Shown here one piece after another: positions 38,983 to 49,141 of a stretch of 64,000 nt of DNA. Location of the stretch: assembly GCA_964005815.1 (NCBI GenBank), contig CAXFSR010000017.1, positions 173,401 through 237,400 of the forward strand. Direction: 5' to 3'. The translations under genes were made by a program, and so were the position numbers. Numbering within the stretch: position 1 is the first letter of the stretch; each line of letters opens with the position of its first letter. The notes beneath the pieces are model-generated. The model saw nothing but the letters and a program-made list of their open reading frames with translations. It had not been told where the DNA came from and did not search any database. Source of the stretch: an uncultured Nitrospinaceae bacterium. GTDB taxonomy: Bacteria > UBA8248.

Positions 38983-39774
38983 ATGCAACGTTTTAAAAAT
39001 AAAGTTTGCATCATAAGTGGTGGAGCTAGTGGAATTGGCGCTAAAACCGCTGAAATGTTTGCAGAAGAAGGTGGAAAGGTTTTAATAGGAGATGTTGATG
39101 AAAAAAATGGAAAGAATCAAACAGAAAAAATTACCGAAAAATACGGTAATGGAACTGCTATTTTTTTCTATCTAGATGTTTCCAATCCTAACGATTGCGA
39201 AAAAGCTGTAAAGAAAGCTGTTCATGAATTTGGTTGCGTAAACTACCTACTAAATAGCGCAATTAAAATGGCTCCAGGAATGCTAAAAGAACTTTCTCTC
39301 GAAAATTGGAATACAATGATCACAATTGGATTAACTGGGACATTTCTCATGACTCAAGCAACTGGAAGGTGGATGATTGACAACAACATCCCTGGGTCTA
39401 TAGTCACAATGTCGTCTATTGGTGGACAACAACCATACGGAATGTCAGGTGCTTACTCAACTGTAAAAGCCGCTGTCATCATGCTTGCAGAACACTTTGG
39501 GATAGAATGGGCCAGCCACAAAATCAGGGTTAATGCCATATGCCCTGGTCACACAGAAACACCTTTAACATCTTACTTAAAAGACTCGGACATAAAAAAA
39601 CAGAGAAGTGAAATCACACCACTGCTGAGGGTCGCACAGCCAATAGATATTGCCAACGGTATTTTATTCTTATTCTCAGAAGAAGCAGATTACATAACTG
39701 CTACAACCCTAGAAATTGACGGCGGACTTAGCAAAACTGTAATGAATCATCTACCTGGTCGAAAGTGGAAATAA
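38983..39774 (+). CDS. SDR-family oxidoreductase
   Basis: KVCIISGGASGIGAKTA (TGxxxGIG) NAD-binding motif, S..Y...K catalytic triad region (SGAYSTVKAA). 263 aa. Confidence 0.75.
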   Translation: MQRFKNKVCIISGGASGIGAKTAEMFAEEGGKVLIGDVDEKNGKNQTEKITEKYGNGTAIFFYLDVSNPNDCEKAVKKAVHEFGCVNYLLNSAIKMAPGMLKELSLENWNTMITIGLTGTFLMTQATGRWMIDNNIPGSIVTMSSIGGQQPYGMSGAYSTVKAAVIMLAEHFGIEWASHKIRVNAICPGHTETPLTSYLKDSDIKKQRSEITPLLRVAQPIDIANGILFLFSEEADYITATTLEIDGGLSKTVMNHLPGRKWK

Positions 39775-39806
39775 AAGCTTTGAAAAAAATCAAAGAGAAC
39801 AAAAAA

Positions 39807-41186
39807 ATGAAAATACTATTAATTTCATGTTATGAACTAGGGAATCAACCTATACCAACAGCTAGCTTACATGCTTTCTTAAAGAGTTACTCCTACAACC
39901 CCCAAGTTTTAGATTTATCTACACAAAAGATCAATCATGAAGATATTCAAAATTGCGATTTTATTGCTCTTAGCACTCCTATGCATACTGCCCTATCAAT
40001 TGCAGTAGAAGCGACAAAAATAATTCGCAAGTTCAACAAAGAGTGTCATATTTGCTACTATGGAGATTATGCAGATCTTAACTCTAATTACCTTCTGAAA
40101 AATATAGCTGATAGTTGCTTAAGCGGCGAAACACAAAAATCAATACTCGAAATAATAAAATCTATTCAGTCTTCCTCTAACACAATTACATACAAACAAA
40201 ACAGAGAAAAAAAGAAAATTCGACTTATAGAAAAACCAGATTTCAAAATACCAGAAAGATCCCTACTTCCTGATCTATCCAATTACAATAAATTAATTAA
40301 TGATCAAAACCATGTTACAACAGCTGCAGTCGAAACTAGCAGAGGCTGCAAACATCAATGTTTACATTGCCCTATCACACCTATTTTCAAAGGTCGTTTT
40401 TTTGTTGTGCCAAAAGAAATAGTTTTATCCGACATAAAAAACTTGTATTTACAAGGCGCTAGACATATCACATTTACCGACCCTGATTTTCTAAACGGAC
40501 CCAAACATTCGCTTAAAATTCTTAGAGAAATGAACAATTTATTCCCTGAAATGACTTTTGACTTTACAGCAAAAATTGAGCATCTAATCCAACAAAAAGA
40601 CATTTTTACCGAACTTCAAGAATTAGGTTGCCTATTTATCGTTACAGCTTTGGAATCTTTAAATAACAAAATCTTAAAAAAATTAATTAAAGGACATTCG
40701 AAAAAAGATTTCTTGGAAGTTTTAAAAATCGCAAGAGCGAACGGGATTTCTATTCGACCTTCATTAATTGCATTTACTCCTTGGACAACTCCCAAAGATT
40801 ACATAGAATTACTTGATTTTATTGAGAAAAATGAATTGATTGATGAAATAGATCCAATTCAGATGTCAATAAGATTACTCATACCACCTGAGTCGAGTCT
40901 GCTTCAATTACAAGACCTAAAGAAATACATAGTGCGCTTCGAACCAGACAAATTTTCTTATATATGGAAGCATCCAAATCCAAAAATGGAACTTTTAAAT
41001 TTGAAAATTTCGAGGATTGTAGAAAATCATGCAAATCTTAACAAAGAAGCTTTAGAAACATTTTTCGCTCTTAAGAAAGAATTTTCGAAAATCTTTCCTG
41101 AAATCATAAAAGAGGAAAACGTTACTATCAGAACAAAAAAAATTACCGCGAAACCTCCAAAACTTACCGAATCATGGTTCTGTTGA
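39807..41186 (+). CDS. B12-binding domain radical SAM protein
   Basis: N-terminal MKILLISCY...IALSTPMH B12-binding-like Rossmann region, then SRGCKHQCLHC (Cx3Cx2C) radical-SAM cluster motif. The ORF frame is open from 39765, which would overlap the SDR gene by 10 nt. Start at 39807 (MKILLI) chosen by analogy with the family. Confidence 0.7.
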   Translation: MKILLISCYELGNQPIPTASLHAFLKSYSYNPQVLDLSTQKINHEDIQNCDFIALSTPMHTALSIAVEATKIIRKFNKECHICYYGDYADLNSNYLLKNIADSCLSGETQKSILEIIKSIQSSSNTITYKQNREKKKIRLIEKPDFKIPERSLLPDLSNYNKLINDQNHVTTAAVETSRGCKHQCLHCPITPIFKGRFFVVPKEIVLSDIKNLYLQGARHITFTDPDFLNGPKHSLKILREMNNLFPEMTFDFTAKIEHLIQQKDIFTELQELGCLFIVTALESLNNKILKKLIKGHSKKDFLEVLKIARANGISIRPSLIAFTPWTTPKDYIELLDFIEKNELIDEIDPIQMSIRLLIPPESSLLQLQDLKKYIVRFEPDKFSYIWKHPNPKMELLNLKISRIVENHANLNKEALETFFALKKEFSKIFPEIIKEENVTIRTKKITAKPPKLTESWFC

Positions 41187-41218
41187 GCAGAGCCAACTGA
41201 GAGTCAGTTGACTCTAAA

Positions 41219-41932
41219 TTAAAGATTCAATACCGCAACTGCTCGTATTGGAGAACCAGAACCTCCACGAATTTTTAGAGGAAGACCAATATAAAGAAAT
41301 TCCTTACCTGCCACATCTTCAATATTACAAAGATTTTCTGTGTTATGACATTGCAATTCTCTACATAACACATGACAAGGGAAAGTCATTTCTCCTGTAT
41401 TAATTCCAGCATCGATACTAGGGGCATCCTGACCAATATTTACGATCCCGCATTCTCTATATAGAAAATTGCCAGCATCGTATGAAAGACCAGGATAATC
41501 AGTATTATAGCTATCCTCGGGATAAGTTCGTCTAAAATGTCCACCAGTAAAAAGAAAGGTACCCGCATTGGGTGGTGTCAAATCTTGGCTACTAAGCTCA
41601 TCTTCAAGAAGCTTTAAAGAAATCTCCTCTTTAGGTTCCACTTTACCAGTAAAGTCGATAGCAATACCTCTTGTAATAAATTTTTTAAGGTTAGATTGAT
41701 CTATAGTGGGGGCAGTTTCTCTTTCGTCAATATGGCTAACTGCATCAACATGGGTTGGACCATGATCACACATATGCAACATCATTGCTGCGTAAGTAAT
41801 ATCTTTAGGTCTAATAGGAGCATTCCTTGCGTCTTCATGTGTAGCAATAAACTCTATTTCCGTGGGAGGATGCCCAGGAAACCTTGGAGCACCCGTATAT
41901 ATATCCTGACTAAGATTAACAATATCATACAT
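41219..41932 (-). CDS. putative cyclase family protein (kynurenine formamidase-like, PF04199-type)
   Basis: HMCDHGPTHVDAVSHID matches the cyclase-family HxGTHxDxPxH zinc motif. 237 aa. Confidence 0.75.
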   Translation of the reverse strand: MYDIVNLSQDIYTGAPRFPGHPPTEIEFIATHEDARNAPIRPKDITYAAMMLHMCDHGPTHVDAVSHIDERETAPTIDQSNLKKFITRGIAIDFTGKVEPKEEISLKLLEDELSSQDLTPPNAGTFLFTGGHFRRTYPEDSYNTDYPGLSYDAGNFLYRECGIVNIGQDAPSIDAGINTGEMTFPCHVLCRELQCHNTENLCNIEDVAGKEFLYIGLPLKIRGGSGSPIRAVAVLNL

Positions 41933-41982
41933 AATAACACCCCTCTAAAAATTCAAGAAAAAACTATTCCGAGTCAGTAAAC

Positions 41983-43227
41983 TTAGCCAATTCCACCTAC
42001 TGTGACACCATTTGGCTCGGGCGCTTCAAGTGCTGGCAATACATGAGTCATAAATGCATCTAACTCAGATATTACTTCTTTAGATGGAATCTGTGCATAG
42101 TGCCAGATCAAAGTGATATATTCAGCGGGAACTTTATCATAAGAATGGAGGAATTGCTCCTTCAACTGTTCTACGGTACCACCGAGAAAAATACCACTAT
42201 CTTTCATGTTCTCTACCCAATCTATATTTGATGTGTCATCTGGGAACTGGGGAAAGAAAGGAACATAAAAATTTTCATAGATATCTTGATCATACTCTTT
42301 AAGCTTACGATCGTAATCGGCTTCATTTTCAGCTACATGAATCCACCTGCAAACACATTGCCTTTCTCCATGCGCAAAGTTATGTCCATGCTTTTGTGCT
42401 TCTTCTACATAAACATATGACATTTCTTCCATTTTTTCCAATTTAGTGAAATACACAGGCCGAAAACCATGCTTAGCTGCAAATTTGATAGAATCATTAC
42501 TAGCACTAACTGCCTGAAAAACTGGAGGATGTGGAGACTGGTATGGTTTAGGAACAACACTGACTTTATGTACTCTTCCATCTTCACCTACTTCTCCGTG
42601 CGTTCCTGCATCTCGTGCACTTTTCCAAGCTGGATACTCTATACCGTCTTTATAGGGGTAAGGAATTTTATAATAGTTGCCATCTATCTGTGAAGATTCT
42701 TCAGTCCAAAATTTCAAAAGCATCTCTGCACGCTCTTCGAAAATTTCTCGATTTTTCACATCATCATCTCCGCCAAGATCAGAACTAACGGTTGCAACCG
42801 AATCTGTGAATTGGCCCAAAACATTTGCCCATCTGGACTGATACCCTCGTGCCATACCAACAAACATTTTCCCTTTAGTTATATGATCCAGAATTGCGGT
42901 TTCTTCTGCAACCCTAACTGGATCCTGTGTAGCCATAACATAGCCTAGAGCACCAACACGCGCATTTTTTACGTGACTAGCCCACCAAGCATTTAAAACA
43001 CCTGGATTAGGTCCTACCTCATACCCTTCTGAATGAAAATGATGTTCTATAGTACTAACCCCCCAAACACCCATTTCATCTGCAGCCTTGACTATATCAA
43101 GCCATTCGTGGAGAACATGATGGTAAAGATCTGTGTCACAAGCAAGAGGCCTTTTTTCTTCACGCTCAGCACGATCCTTTGATGGAAGCATAGGGTATAA
43201 CTGAACTATGACTTTAGGTTTTGCCAT
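41983..43227 (-). CDS. LLM-class (luciferase-like) flavin-dependent monooxygenase/oxidoreductase
   Basis: 414 aa TIM-barrel LLM pattern (…WGVSTIEHHF…, …ALGYVMATQDP…, …FVGMARGY…). Confidence 0.8.
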   Translation of the reverse strand: MAKPKVIVQLYPMLPSKDRAEREEKRPLACDTDLYHHVLHEWLDIVKAADEMGVWGVSTIEHHFHSEGYEVGPNPGVLNAWWASHVKNARVGALGYVMATQDPVRVAEETAILDHITKGKMFVGMARGYQSRWANVLGQFTDSVATVSSDLGGDDDVKNREIFEERAEMLLKFWTEESSQIDGNYYKIPYPYKDGIEYPAWKSARDAGTHGEVGEDGRVHKVSVVPKPYQSPHPPVFQAVSASNDSIKFAAKHGFRPVYFTKLEKMEEMSYVYVEEAQKHGHNFAHGERQCVCRWIHVAENEADYDRKLKEYDQDIYENFYVPFFPQFPDDTSNIDWVENMKDSGIFLGGTVEQLKEQFLHSYDKVPAEYITLIWHYAQIPSKEVISELDAFMTHVLPALEAPEPNGVTVGGIG

Positions 43228-43270
43228 TTTCTACTCCTTTATTAAAAAATGAATACTTCCATTAAGAAAA

Positions 43271-43792
43271 TTATGCCACATTCTTATTTCCTTTAGATCT
43301 CCAGTTACTTATTCCGAGATCTAATTTTGACAAAAATTTGGATACAACAAGCTTTTCTTCATCTGTAACATCTGACATGAGATTCGCTATAGATAAAAAA
43401 TAATCAGGGAAAATATTTTCCAGAAGGTCCTCCCCTTTCTTAGTAATCTTTACATTTGTCCTTCTTTTATCTTCATCCAAATGTTCTCTCTTAACAAATC
43501 CATCACGCTCGAGACCATCAACTAGGCCGGTCATGGTTGCTCTAGTAACTCCAGCACTCTCGGCCAAATCTGAAGGTGCGAATCCTTTATCTTTCCTTCT
43601 TAGGATTAATAGAACTACAAATCTCCCTTGAGATATTCCATAAGAGATTAAATAATCATTGAAGATATTTAAAAGATCACTGCCGGATCTTAAAAATTGA
43701 TAGAAAAGAAGCATAGATGATGGTTCTAAACTAGAATATACTTCTAGTGGCCTAAAATCCTCTCTTGTTGGAAGGTCTTTCATACAAAACAT
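43271..43792 (-). CDS. MarR-family transcriptional regulator
   Basis: Winged-helix region APSDLAESAGVTRATMTGLVDGLERDGFVKR. 173 aa (the start may be the internal Met MKDLPT). Confidence 0.75.
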   Translation of the reverse strand: MFCMKDLPTREDFRPLEVYSSLEPSSMLLFYQFLRSGSDLLNIFNDYLISYGISQGRFVVLLILRRKDKGFAPSDLAESAGVTRATMTGLVDGLERDGFVKREHLDEDKRRTNVKITKKGEDLLENIFPDYFLSIANLMSDVTDEEKLVVSKFLSKLDLGISNWRSKGNKNVA

Positions 43793-43929
43793 GGAAATCC
43801 CCTTAAATAATTAGCCTCCTAACCATATAACTTTACAATGAAATTTTCAATAATAAAATTGGCAAACTTTATTTTTTTAAATTATAATTATGGTGATTTA
43901 AGTTTTTAAAATTTTCATAGGAGAAAAAA

Positions 43930-44640
43930 ATGCGTTCGGGCAATGCAACACAACTAAATCGGCAAGATTCTATATCACTTCAGGCAGCAGCGTTCATGCA
44001 ACGTGTTTATGGATGGATGACACTTGGGCTAATTGTAACTGGGTTTAGTGCTTTCTATATAGCTTCAAGTCAAAGCGCAATTAATTTTATTTTTGGTAGC
44101 TCTATGTCTATATTACTAATTTTTGCCGTACAACTCGGCATAGTTTTTGCTATCAAACCTGCTATGAGAAGCGGTGGCTGGCAAATTGGACTACTTCTAT
44201 TTGTTGTTTTCAGCGCCTCCTTGGGAGTAACTGTTTCTAGTCTTTTACTGCGGTATACATTTACATCGGTTTCACAAGCTTTCTTTGTTACTGCAGGTGC
44301 TTTTGGAGCTATGACAATTTTTGCTTTTGTCACAAAAAAAGACTTATCTGGATGGCAAAATTTTCTTTACGTAGGTCTTTTTGGAATTATTATAGCGATG
44401 ATTGTTAATATCTTTTTGCAAAGCAGTGCTCTTCATTTCGCCATAAGTGTAATAGGAGTTTTAGTTTTTGCAGGTCTTACTGCATATGATACTCAAAAGA
44501 TGAAAGAATACGCATACTCACAAGATACAAACAATGAAACCGGCAGAAGAGCGTCAGTAATGGCAGCTCTAGAACTTTATCTTGATTTCATAAATATGTT
44601 TATTTTTCTTACACATCTTTTAGGAAGTTCTAGAGATTAG
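43930..44640 (+). CDS. Bax-inhibitor-1/YccA family inner-membrane protein
   Basis: 236 aa, seven predicted TM helices, characteristic BI-1 C-terminal region. Confidence 0.8.
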   Translation: MRSGNATQLNRQDSISLQAAAFMQRVYGWMTLGLIVTGFSAFYIASSQSAINFIFGSSMSILLIFAVQLGIVFAIKPAMRSGGWQIGLLLFVVFSASLGVTVSSLLLRYTFTSVSQAFFVTAGAFGAMTIFAFVTKKDLSGWQNFLYVGLFGIIIAMIVNIFLQSSALHFAISVIGVLVFAGLTAYDTQKMKEYAYSQDTNNETGRRASVMAALELYLDFINMFIFLTHLLGSSRD

Positions 44641-44649
44641 ATAACTTTT

Positions 44650-44675
44650 CATCCCCTGGATTTATCCAGGGGATG
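44650..44675. terminator. perfect 12-bp inverted repeat between convergent stops (candidate bidirectional terminator)
   Basis: CATCCCCTGGAT-TT-ATCCAGGGGATG, lying exactly between the yccA-like stop (44640) and the M16 peptidase stop (44679). Flanking U-tracts are weak. Confidence 0.5.
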
Positions 44676-44678
44676 TTA

Positions 44679-45947
44679 CTAAATCTCGGAATTTTCTTCT
44701 ATTTCCTTACGTAATGACTTTTCACTTATAACCGCAATGGTCATCTTTTCTTTTCTAAAAATATCCTTAGCAACACTAACTATTTCTTCTTTCGTAACTG
44801 ATTCTACTTCTTCAATTTCTTGTTTCATAGGATAAAGCATATTTCGTAACATTAAACTTGAACCATTTCTTCCTGCAAAATAACTTGAACTTTCGTGTAT
44901 TTGTAGATTCCCTCTTATGTAACTTTTAGCTTCTGACAATTCTTCATCTGTAACTTCTTCATCCTTAAACTTAGAAGATTCCTCTAAAATTACTTTTGTC
45001 GCCTCAGAAGCTTTTTCTAATGCAACTCCTGCTTTCATTTCAACGTATCCTGCGTCTGTAAAACAATTCGCACTTGCACCTACACTGTATGCAAGACCTC
45101 TTTTCTCCCTAACTTCAGTGAAAAGACGACTACTCATTTTCCCGCCTAAAATATTACACATTACCCTAAGAGGCTGAAGATTCTCATGATCCAAACCATA
45201 ACCGCGAAATCCAATAGAAAGATTAACTTGATCAGTTTGTCTTACTTGTTCCACGAATGACTTTTTACTTTCCTTTGGCAAGGAAACATTATCTGGCCTC
45301 TCTGAACTTCCAGAACGAGACCCAAAAAACTTTTCAGAGAGTTCAACAACATATTCATGCTTAACTCCACCTGCAACGGAAATGACGGTATTTCCGGGCT
45401 GATACCATATATCAATCAATTCACGCATATTTTCTGGTTCAATCCTATTAATTGTTTCTTTGCTTCCAATTACACCTACCTGGAGGTTAAACATAGTCGT
45501 TTCAAGCAGATCAGAAACCCAAATTCTTGGCATATCTTCGTACATTTTCAACTCTTCTAATATGACATGCCTTTCTCTACTCCACTCTTCTTTATCTAGC
45601 AGGCAGTTATTTACCGCATCTGCATAAACATTTAAAACTTTTTCAAAAACTTGCACTGGAGAGGTAAAATGGTAACAAGTCCTTTCCGCTGCTGTATTCG
45701 CATTGATTGAAGCACCATTTCCTTCCATTTCTCTTGCAATATCTAAAGTCGATCTAGTTGGAGTCCCTTTAAAAACCATATGCTCTAGAGCATGTGACAC
45801 ACCAACAACTTCATTTCCTTCATGACGACCACCACAACCAAAGTATATATGAAACGCGACTGCAGCAGACTCCTCTCGTTCTGTAGTTACTACTTGAATG
45901 CCATTTGACAAAATACTTTTCTTAACTTCCATTTGACCTCCAATCAA
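44679..45947 (-). CDS. M16-family (insulinase/pitrilysin-like) zinc metallopeptidase
   Basis: Inverted zinc motif HALEHMVFKGT (HxxEH) near the N-terminus. 422 aa with two M16 domains. Confidence 0.8.
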   Translation of the reverse strand: MIGGQMEVKKSILSNGIQVVTTEREESAAVAFHIYFGCGGRHEGNEVVGVSHALEHMVFKGTPTRSTLDIAREMEGNGASINANTAAERTCYHFTSPVQVFEKVLNVYADAVNNCLLDKEEWSRERHVILEELKMYEDMPRIWVSDLLETTMFNLQVGVIGSKETINRIEPENMRELIDIWYQPGNTVISVAGGVKHEYVVELSEKFFGSRSGSSERPDNVSLPKESKKSFVEQVRQTDQVNLSIGFRGYGLDHENLQPLRVMCNILGGKMSSRLFTEVREKRGLAYSVGASANCFTDAGYVEMKAGVALEKASEATKVILEESSKFKDEEVTDEELSEAKSYIRGNLQIHESSSYFAGRNGSSLMLRNMLYPMKQEIEEVESVTKEEIVSVAKDIFRKEKMTIAVISEKSLRKEIEENSEI

Positions 45948-45974
45948 AGTTTCCTAAGAAAAAATTCTTCTTTT

Positions 45975-46910
45975 TTATTTTTCAAGTATGGCACGAGCTT
46001 TTTCAACATCTAAAGAAATTTGTTGAACTAGTTTTTCAACACTAGAAAATTTAAATTCATCTCTAATTCTTTCAACAAACTCCAACCGAATCTCCTTTCC
46101 GTAGATATTCCCACCTTCCCAGTTAAGTATATGAGCTTCTATAGTAACGCTTTGACCGTCAAAAGTTGGCCTTTTCCCAATATTCAAAACTGTTGGGAAA
46201 AAATCAGATGAAAAAGATTTGACTTTTGACCAACATGCATAAACACCATTTGAAGGAATCAATGTTGAAGGAGGTGCAACATTTGCAGTAGGAAATCCAA
46301 TTCCAGCCCCTCTCCCATCTCCTTTCTCAATTAGACCTTCAAGGCAATGTCTTGTTCCAAGCAATACATTCGCCTCTGCAACAGACCCAGATGAAAGCAT
46401 CTTTCGGATTTCAGTACTACTTACAATTTTATCCTGAAAAGCAAAAGGTTCAAGAACTTCTACCAAAAAATCAAAATTTTTTCCGAGTGTCTTAAGAAAT
46501 TCTATATTCCCTCCTCTATTCTTTCCAAAATGAAAGTTATACCCAACTAAAACTTCCTTCGCTTTTATTCCATTAGTAATATAAGTAGAAACAAACTGTT
46601 CAGGGCTAAAATCAGAGAGGTCTTTTGTAAATGGTTCAACTACCATTATATCAATTCCTTCATCTTCTAATCTTTTTGTCTTTTCAGATAATGTAGTCAT
46701 TAAAGAGGGACACCTTTCTGGTGCAACTATCGATAATGGATGCGGATCAAAAGTAAGTATTACCGACCTAAGTTTTCCACTTTTTGATTTTTCTCTAAGT
46801 TTTGCACATATATTTTTATGTGCCAGATGAACTCCATCAAAATTGCCAATTGATAAGACTGCACCATCCCAATCCGAATCTAAATTATCAATCCCTTTTA
46901 TGATTTCCAT
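45975..46910 (-). CDS. ribF: bifunctional riboflavin kinase / FMN adenylyltransferase
   Basis: N-terminal GNFDGVHLAH (nucleotidyltransferase HxGH). C-terminal riboflavin kinase domain (GFPTAN...E.H). Confidence 0.85.
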   Translation of the reverse strand: MEIIKGIDNLDSDWDGAVLSIGNFDGVHLAHKNICAKLREKSKSGKLRSVILTFDPHPLSIVAPERCPSLMTTLSEKTKRLEDEGIDIMVVEPFTKDLSDFSPEQFVSTYITNGIKAKEVLVGYNFHFGKNRGGNIEFLKTLGKNFDFLVEVLEPFAFQDKIVSSTEIRKMLSSGSVAEANVLLGTRHCLEGLIEKGDGRGAGIGFPTANVAPPSTLIPSNGVYACWSKVKSFSSDFFPTVLNIGKRPTFDGQSVTIEAHILNWEGGNIYGKEIRLEFVERIRDEFKFSSVEKLVQQISLDVEKARAILEK

Positions 46911-47122
46911 TAAACGATCCTATAAATAATAAAAATTACGTAAACACTCAGTGAAATCAGTACCTTGAAAACTAAACATTTTCAACCATTCAAGAATAAA
47001 AAAATAAACACATAAAATTGCATTACATGATAGATTGCAATCAATCATATAATAAGCTTTAATCGTTGATGTCTTATAACTAGGCATTTTTTTCAACTGA
47101 TTTTACTTTCAAAAGGTCTTAA

Positions 47123-48697
47123 ATGATTTTTCCAACAAAAATGTTATTAATTTTAATGGTTTTATTCTCTTTTCTATGGATAGACAAAAATTCCTTTGCA
47201 AAAAATTCTACCAGAAATAATTACATTAAAAAAAATCGTCCTAAAAGTCCGACACCAACTCCTAAAATTAATTCCCTTAAATTAGAATTATCTTTAAAAG
47301 AAGCAATAAGTCTAGCTTTGGCGAGGAATTTTGATATAAGCATCGAAAGATTAAAAGGAGAAATCAAAAAAGAAGAGATTATTGAGAAAAAATCAAAGTT
47401 TGATACAACCTTCATTGCTAGTGGAGAATCGGAGAAATCTAAAAATGAGACTGTTAGCACTACTTCTACTGGAAGCACTAAAAAAGTAAATAGCACTCAA
47501 AACATTCAGGCTGGATTCAAAAGGAAAATCTTAAGTGGCGCGGAATTATCTATGTTGTTTGATTGGGACCGAGAAGGGACTAATTCAAAGAACAACCTTT
47601 TCGACCCAAATTTCAGTACAGGACTCACGCTTTCTGTCACACAACCGCTTTTAAGAAATTACGGAGTAGATCTCAATTCTGCAGATATAAGAATTGCTAC
47701 TGAAAATCTTCGTCAATCAAGAAACGAATACAATAAAAAGATTACAAATATTGTTACCGATGTAGAATTGTCCTACTGGGATTTGATTCTTGCTATTAGA
47801 AATTTAAAATTAAAAAAGAAATCTCTGGAATTAGCCAAGGATTTACTCCGCCGAAATAAAATACAGGTAAAAATAGGCACTCTGACTAGAATCGAAATTC
47901 TAGATGCAAAAACAAGTGTAGCCATGAGAGAAGATGAACTAATTGTCGCTAAAAGAGAAGTTCTTGAGAGAGAAGATACATTAAAATTACTCCTCAATAT
48001 TTCCATTCGTTCAAGACCATCAAGAATTGCTCTCAAACCAACGAGTAAACTCGACTTCAAGCAAATTCGGATTAACGAATTTGATTTATTCGAAAAAGCT
48101 CTCTCACGAAGAACAGATCTCATTAAAGATAAGATAGAAATTCAAAAGAGAAAAATTACGATCAATAAAAAAAGAAATCTGTTACTACCTAAACTGAATT
48201 TTACTAGCAGTTTAAAAAATAGTTCGAAGCAAGATTCAACTCAAAAAGCGCTAAAAAGACAATTCTCTAACAAGGGCTATGAAATATCGGGAAAATTAGC
48301 ATTTGAATTTCCTTTAGGAAATCGTGAAGCAAAATCAAATTACAGAAAATCCAAAAGCGAATATTACGAAGCAAAAGAAATATTCAAGAAAAATAAACAA
48401 ATAATCTTAGAAGAAGTCCAAAAGATTTCTCGCAAAACAAAAACGAGTATGAAAAGAATTAAAACTACTCTACTCGCAAAAAAGCTTGCTGCTCAACGTT
48501 TAGAAGTACAAGAACAAAAGTTCGCCCTAGGTCTCACAACAAGTCGTCAGATTTTAGAAGATCAAGAATCTTTAGAGAATGCCTCGTTGAACCATATCCG
48601 AGCCTTGATAAACTACAAGAAGAACTTAGCAATGTTAAGAAAGACTACTCAAACTACTTTGTCATTTTTTAAGATTTCTCTCTCAAAAACTAAATAG
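47123..48697 (+). CDS. TolC-like outer-membrane efflux protein (OEP family)
   Basis: Signal peptide (MLLILMVLFSFLW), two repeated coiled-coil/beta OEP modules, 524 aa. No adjacent pump genes. Confidence 0.7.
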   Translation: MIFPTKMLLILMVLFSFLWIDKNSFAKNSTRNNYIKKNRPKSPTPTPKINSLKLELSLKEAISLALARNFDISIERLKGEIKKEEIIEKKSKFDTTFIASGESEKSKNETVSTTSTGSTKKVNSTQNIQAGFKRKILSGAELSMLFDWDREGTNSKNNLFDPNFSTGLTLSVTQPLLRNYGVDLNSADIRIATENLRQSRNEYNKKITNIVTDVELSYWDLILAIRNLKLKKKSLELAKDLLRRNKIQVKIGTLTRIEILDAKTSVAMREDELIVAKREVLEREDTLKLLLNISIRSRPSRIALKPTSKLDFKQIRINEFDLFEKALSRRTDLIKDKIEIQKRKITINKKRNLLLPKLNFTSSLKNSSKQDSTQKALKRQFSNKGYEISGKLAFEFPLGNREAKSNYRKSKSEYYEAKEIFKKNKQIILEEVQKISRKTKTSMKRIKTTLLAKKLAAQRLEVQEQKFALGLTTSRQILEDQESLENASLNHIRALINYKKNLAMLRKTTQTTLSFFKISLSKTK

Positions 48698-48709
48698 AAG
48701 TCATATGAA

Positions 48710-49141
48710 TTGGACAAAACAATTAAACGTATTTTAGGAATAGACTATGGAAGCAAAAGAGTAGGAATTGCAATAAGCGATGAACTGCAATTGACTGCAC
48801 AACCTCTCACGCTTTTAAAAAGATTGAATGATAACGACATAATCTCTGAAATAAAAAAAATAATGAGTCTATATAATATAGAAAAGATTATAGTTGGTTT
48901 CCCAGTTTTACTAGATGGGAGTCATTCTAAACAAACAAAAACAACAAAGAATTTTATTTCACGTGTGAGAAAATCTATAGATTTGCCTGTCAAAAAATGG
49001 GAAGAACGTTTATCTACTATTGAGGCTGGAAAAATATTAAGTTCCGTTTCAAAAAACAAAAAGAAAGAAAATATCGATATAGTTTCAGCCCAAATTATAC
49101 TTCAGAGTTTCCTTGACAAAATCAGAAAAAATCAAAAATGA
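48710..49141 (+). CDS. ruvX: Holliday-junction-resolvase-like putative pre-16S rRNA nuclease YqgF/RuvX
   Basis: ILGIDYGSKRVGIAISD N-terminal RNase-H-fold motif. 143 aa. Confidence 0.85.
   Translation: MDKTIKRILGIDYGSKRVGIAISDELQLTAQPLTLLKRLNDNDIISEIKKIMSLYNIEKIIVGFPVLLDGSHSKQTKTTKNFISRVRKSIDLPVKKWEERLSTIEAGKILSSVSKNKKKENIDIVSAQIILQSFLDKIRKNQK

Noticed and set aside
41219-43227. GC-rich block (about 45-48%) over cyclase and LLM genes as a stand-alone HGT call
   Set aside because: Other conserved enzymes in the window (korA, aspC) reach similar GC in sampled segments. GC seems to track protein conservation here, so composition alone is not decisive. Kept only as a supporting remark.
46911-47122. 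10-bp palindrome GATTGCAATC in the ribF / tolC divergent spacer
   Set aside because: A single short palindrome in a 210-nt AT-rich spacer. No partner site and no adjacent regulator gene to link it to.
47453-47480. CIRCE-like string TTAGCACTA-N9-GAAGCACTAA inside the TolC-like ORF
   Set aside because: The second half is a direct repeat, not the inverted GAGTGCTAA of the HrcA operator. It lies inside a coding region (…VSTTSTGSTKK…). No hrcA was found in the window.
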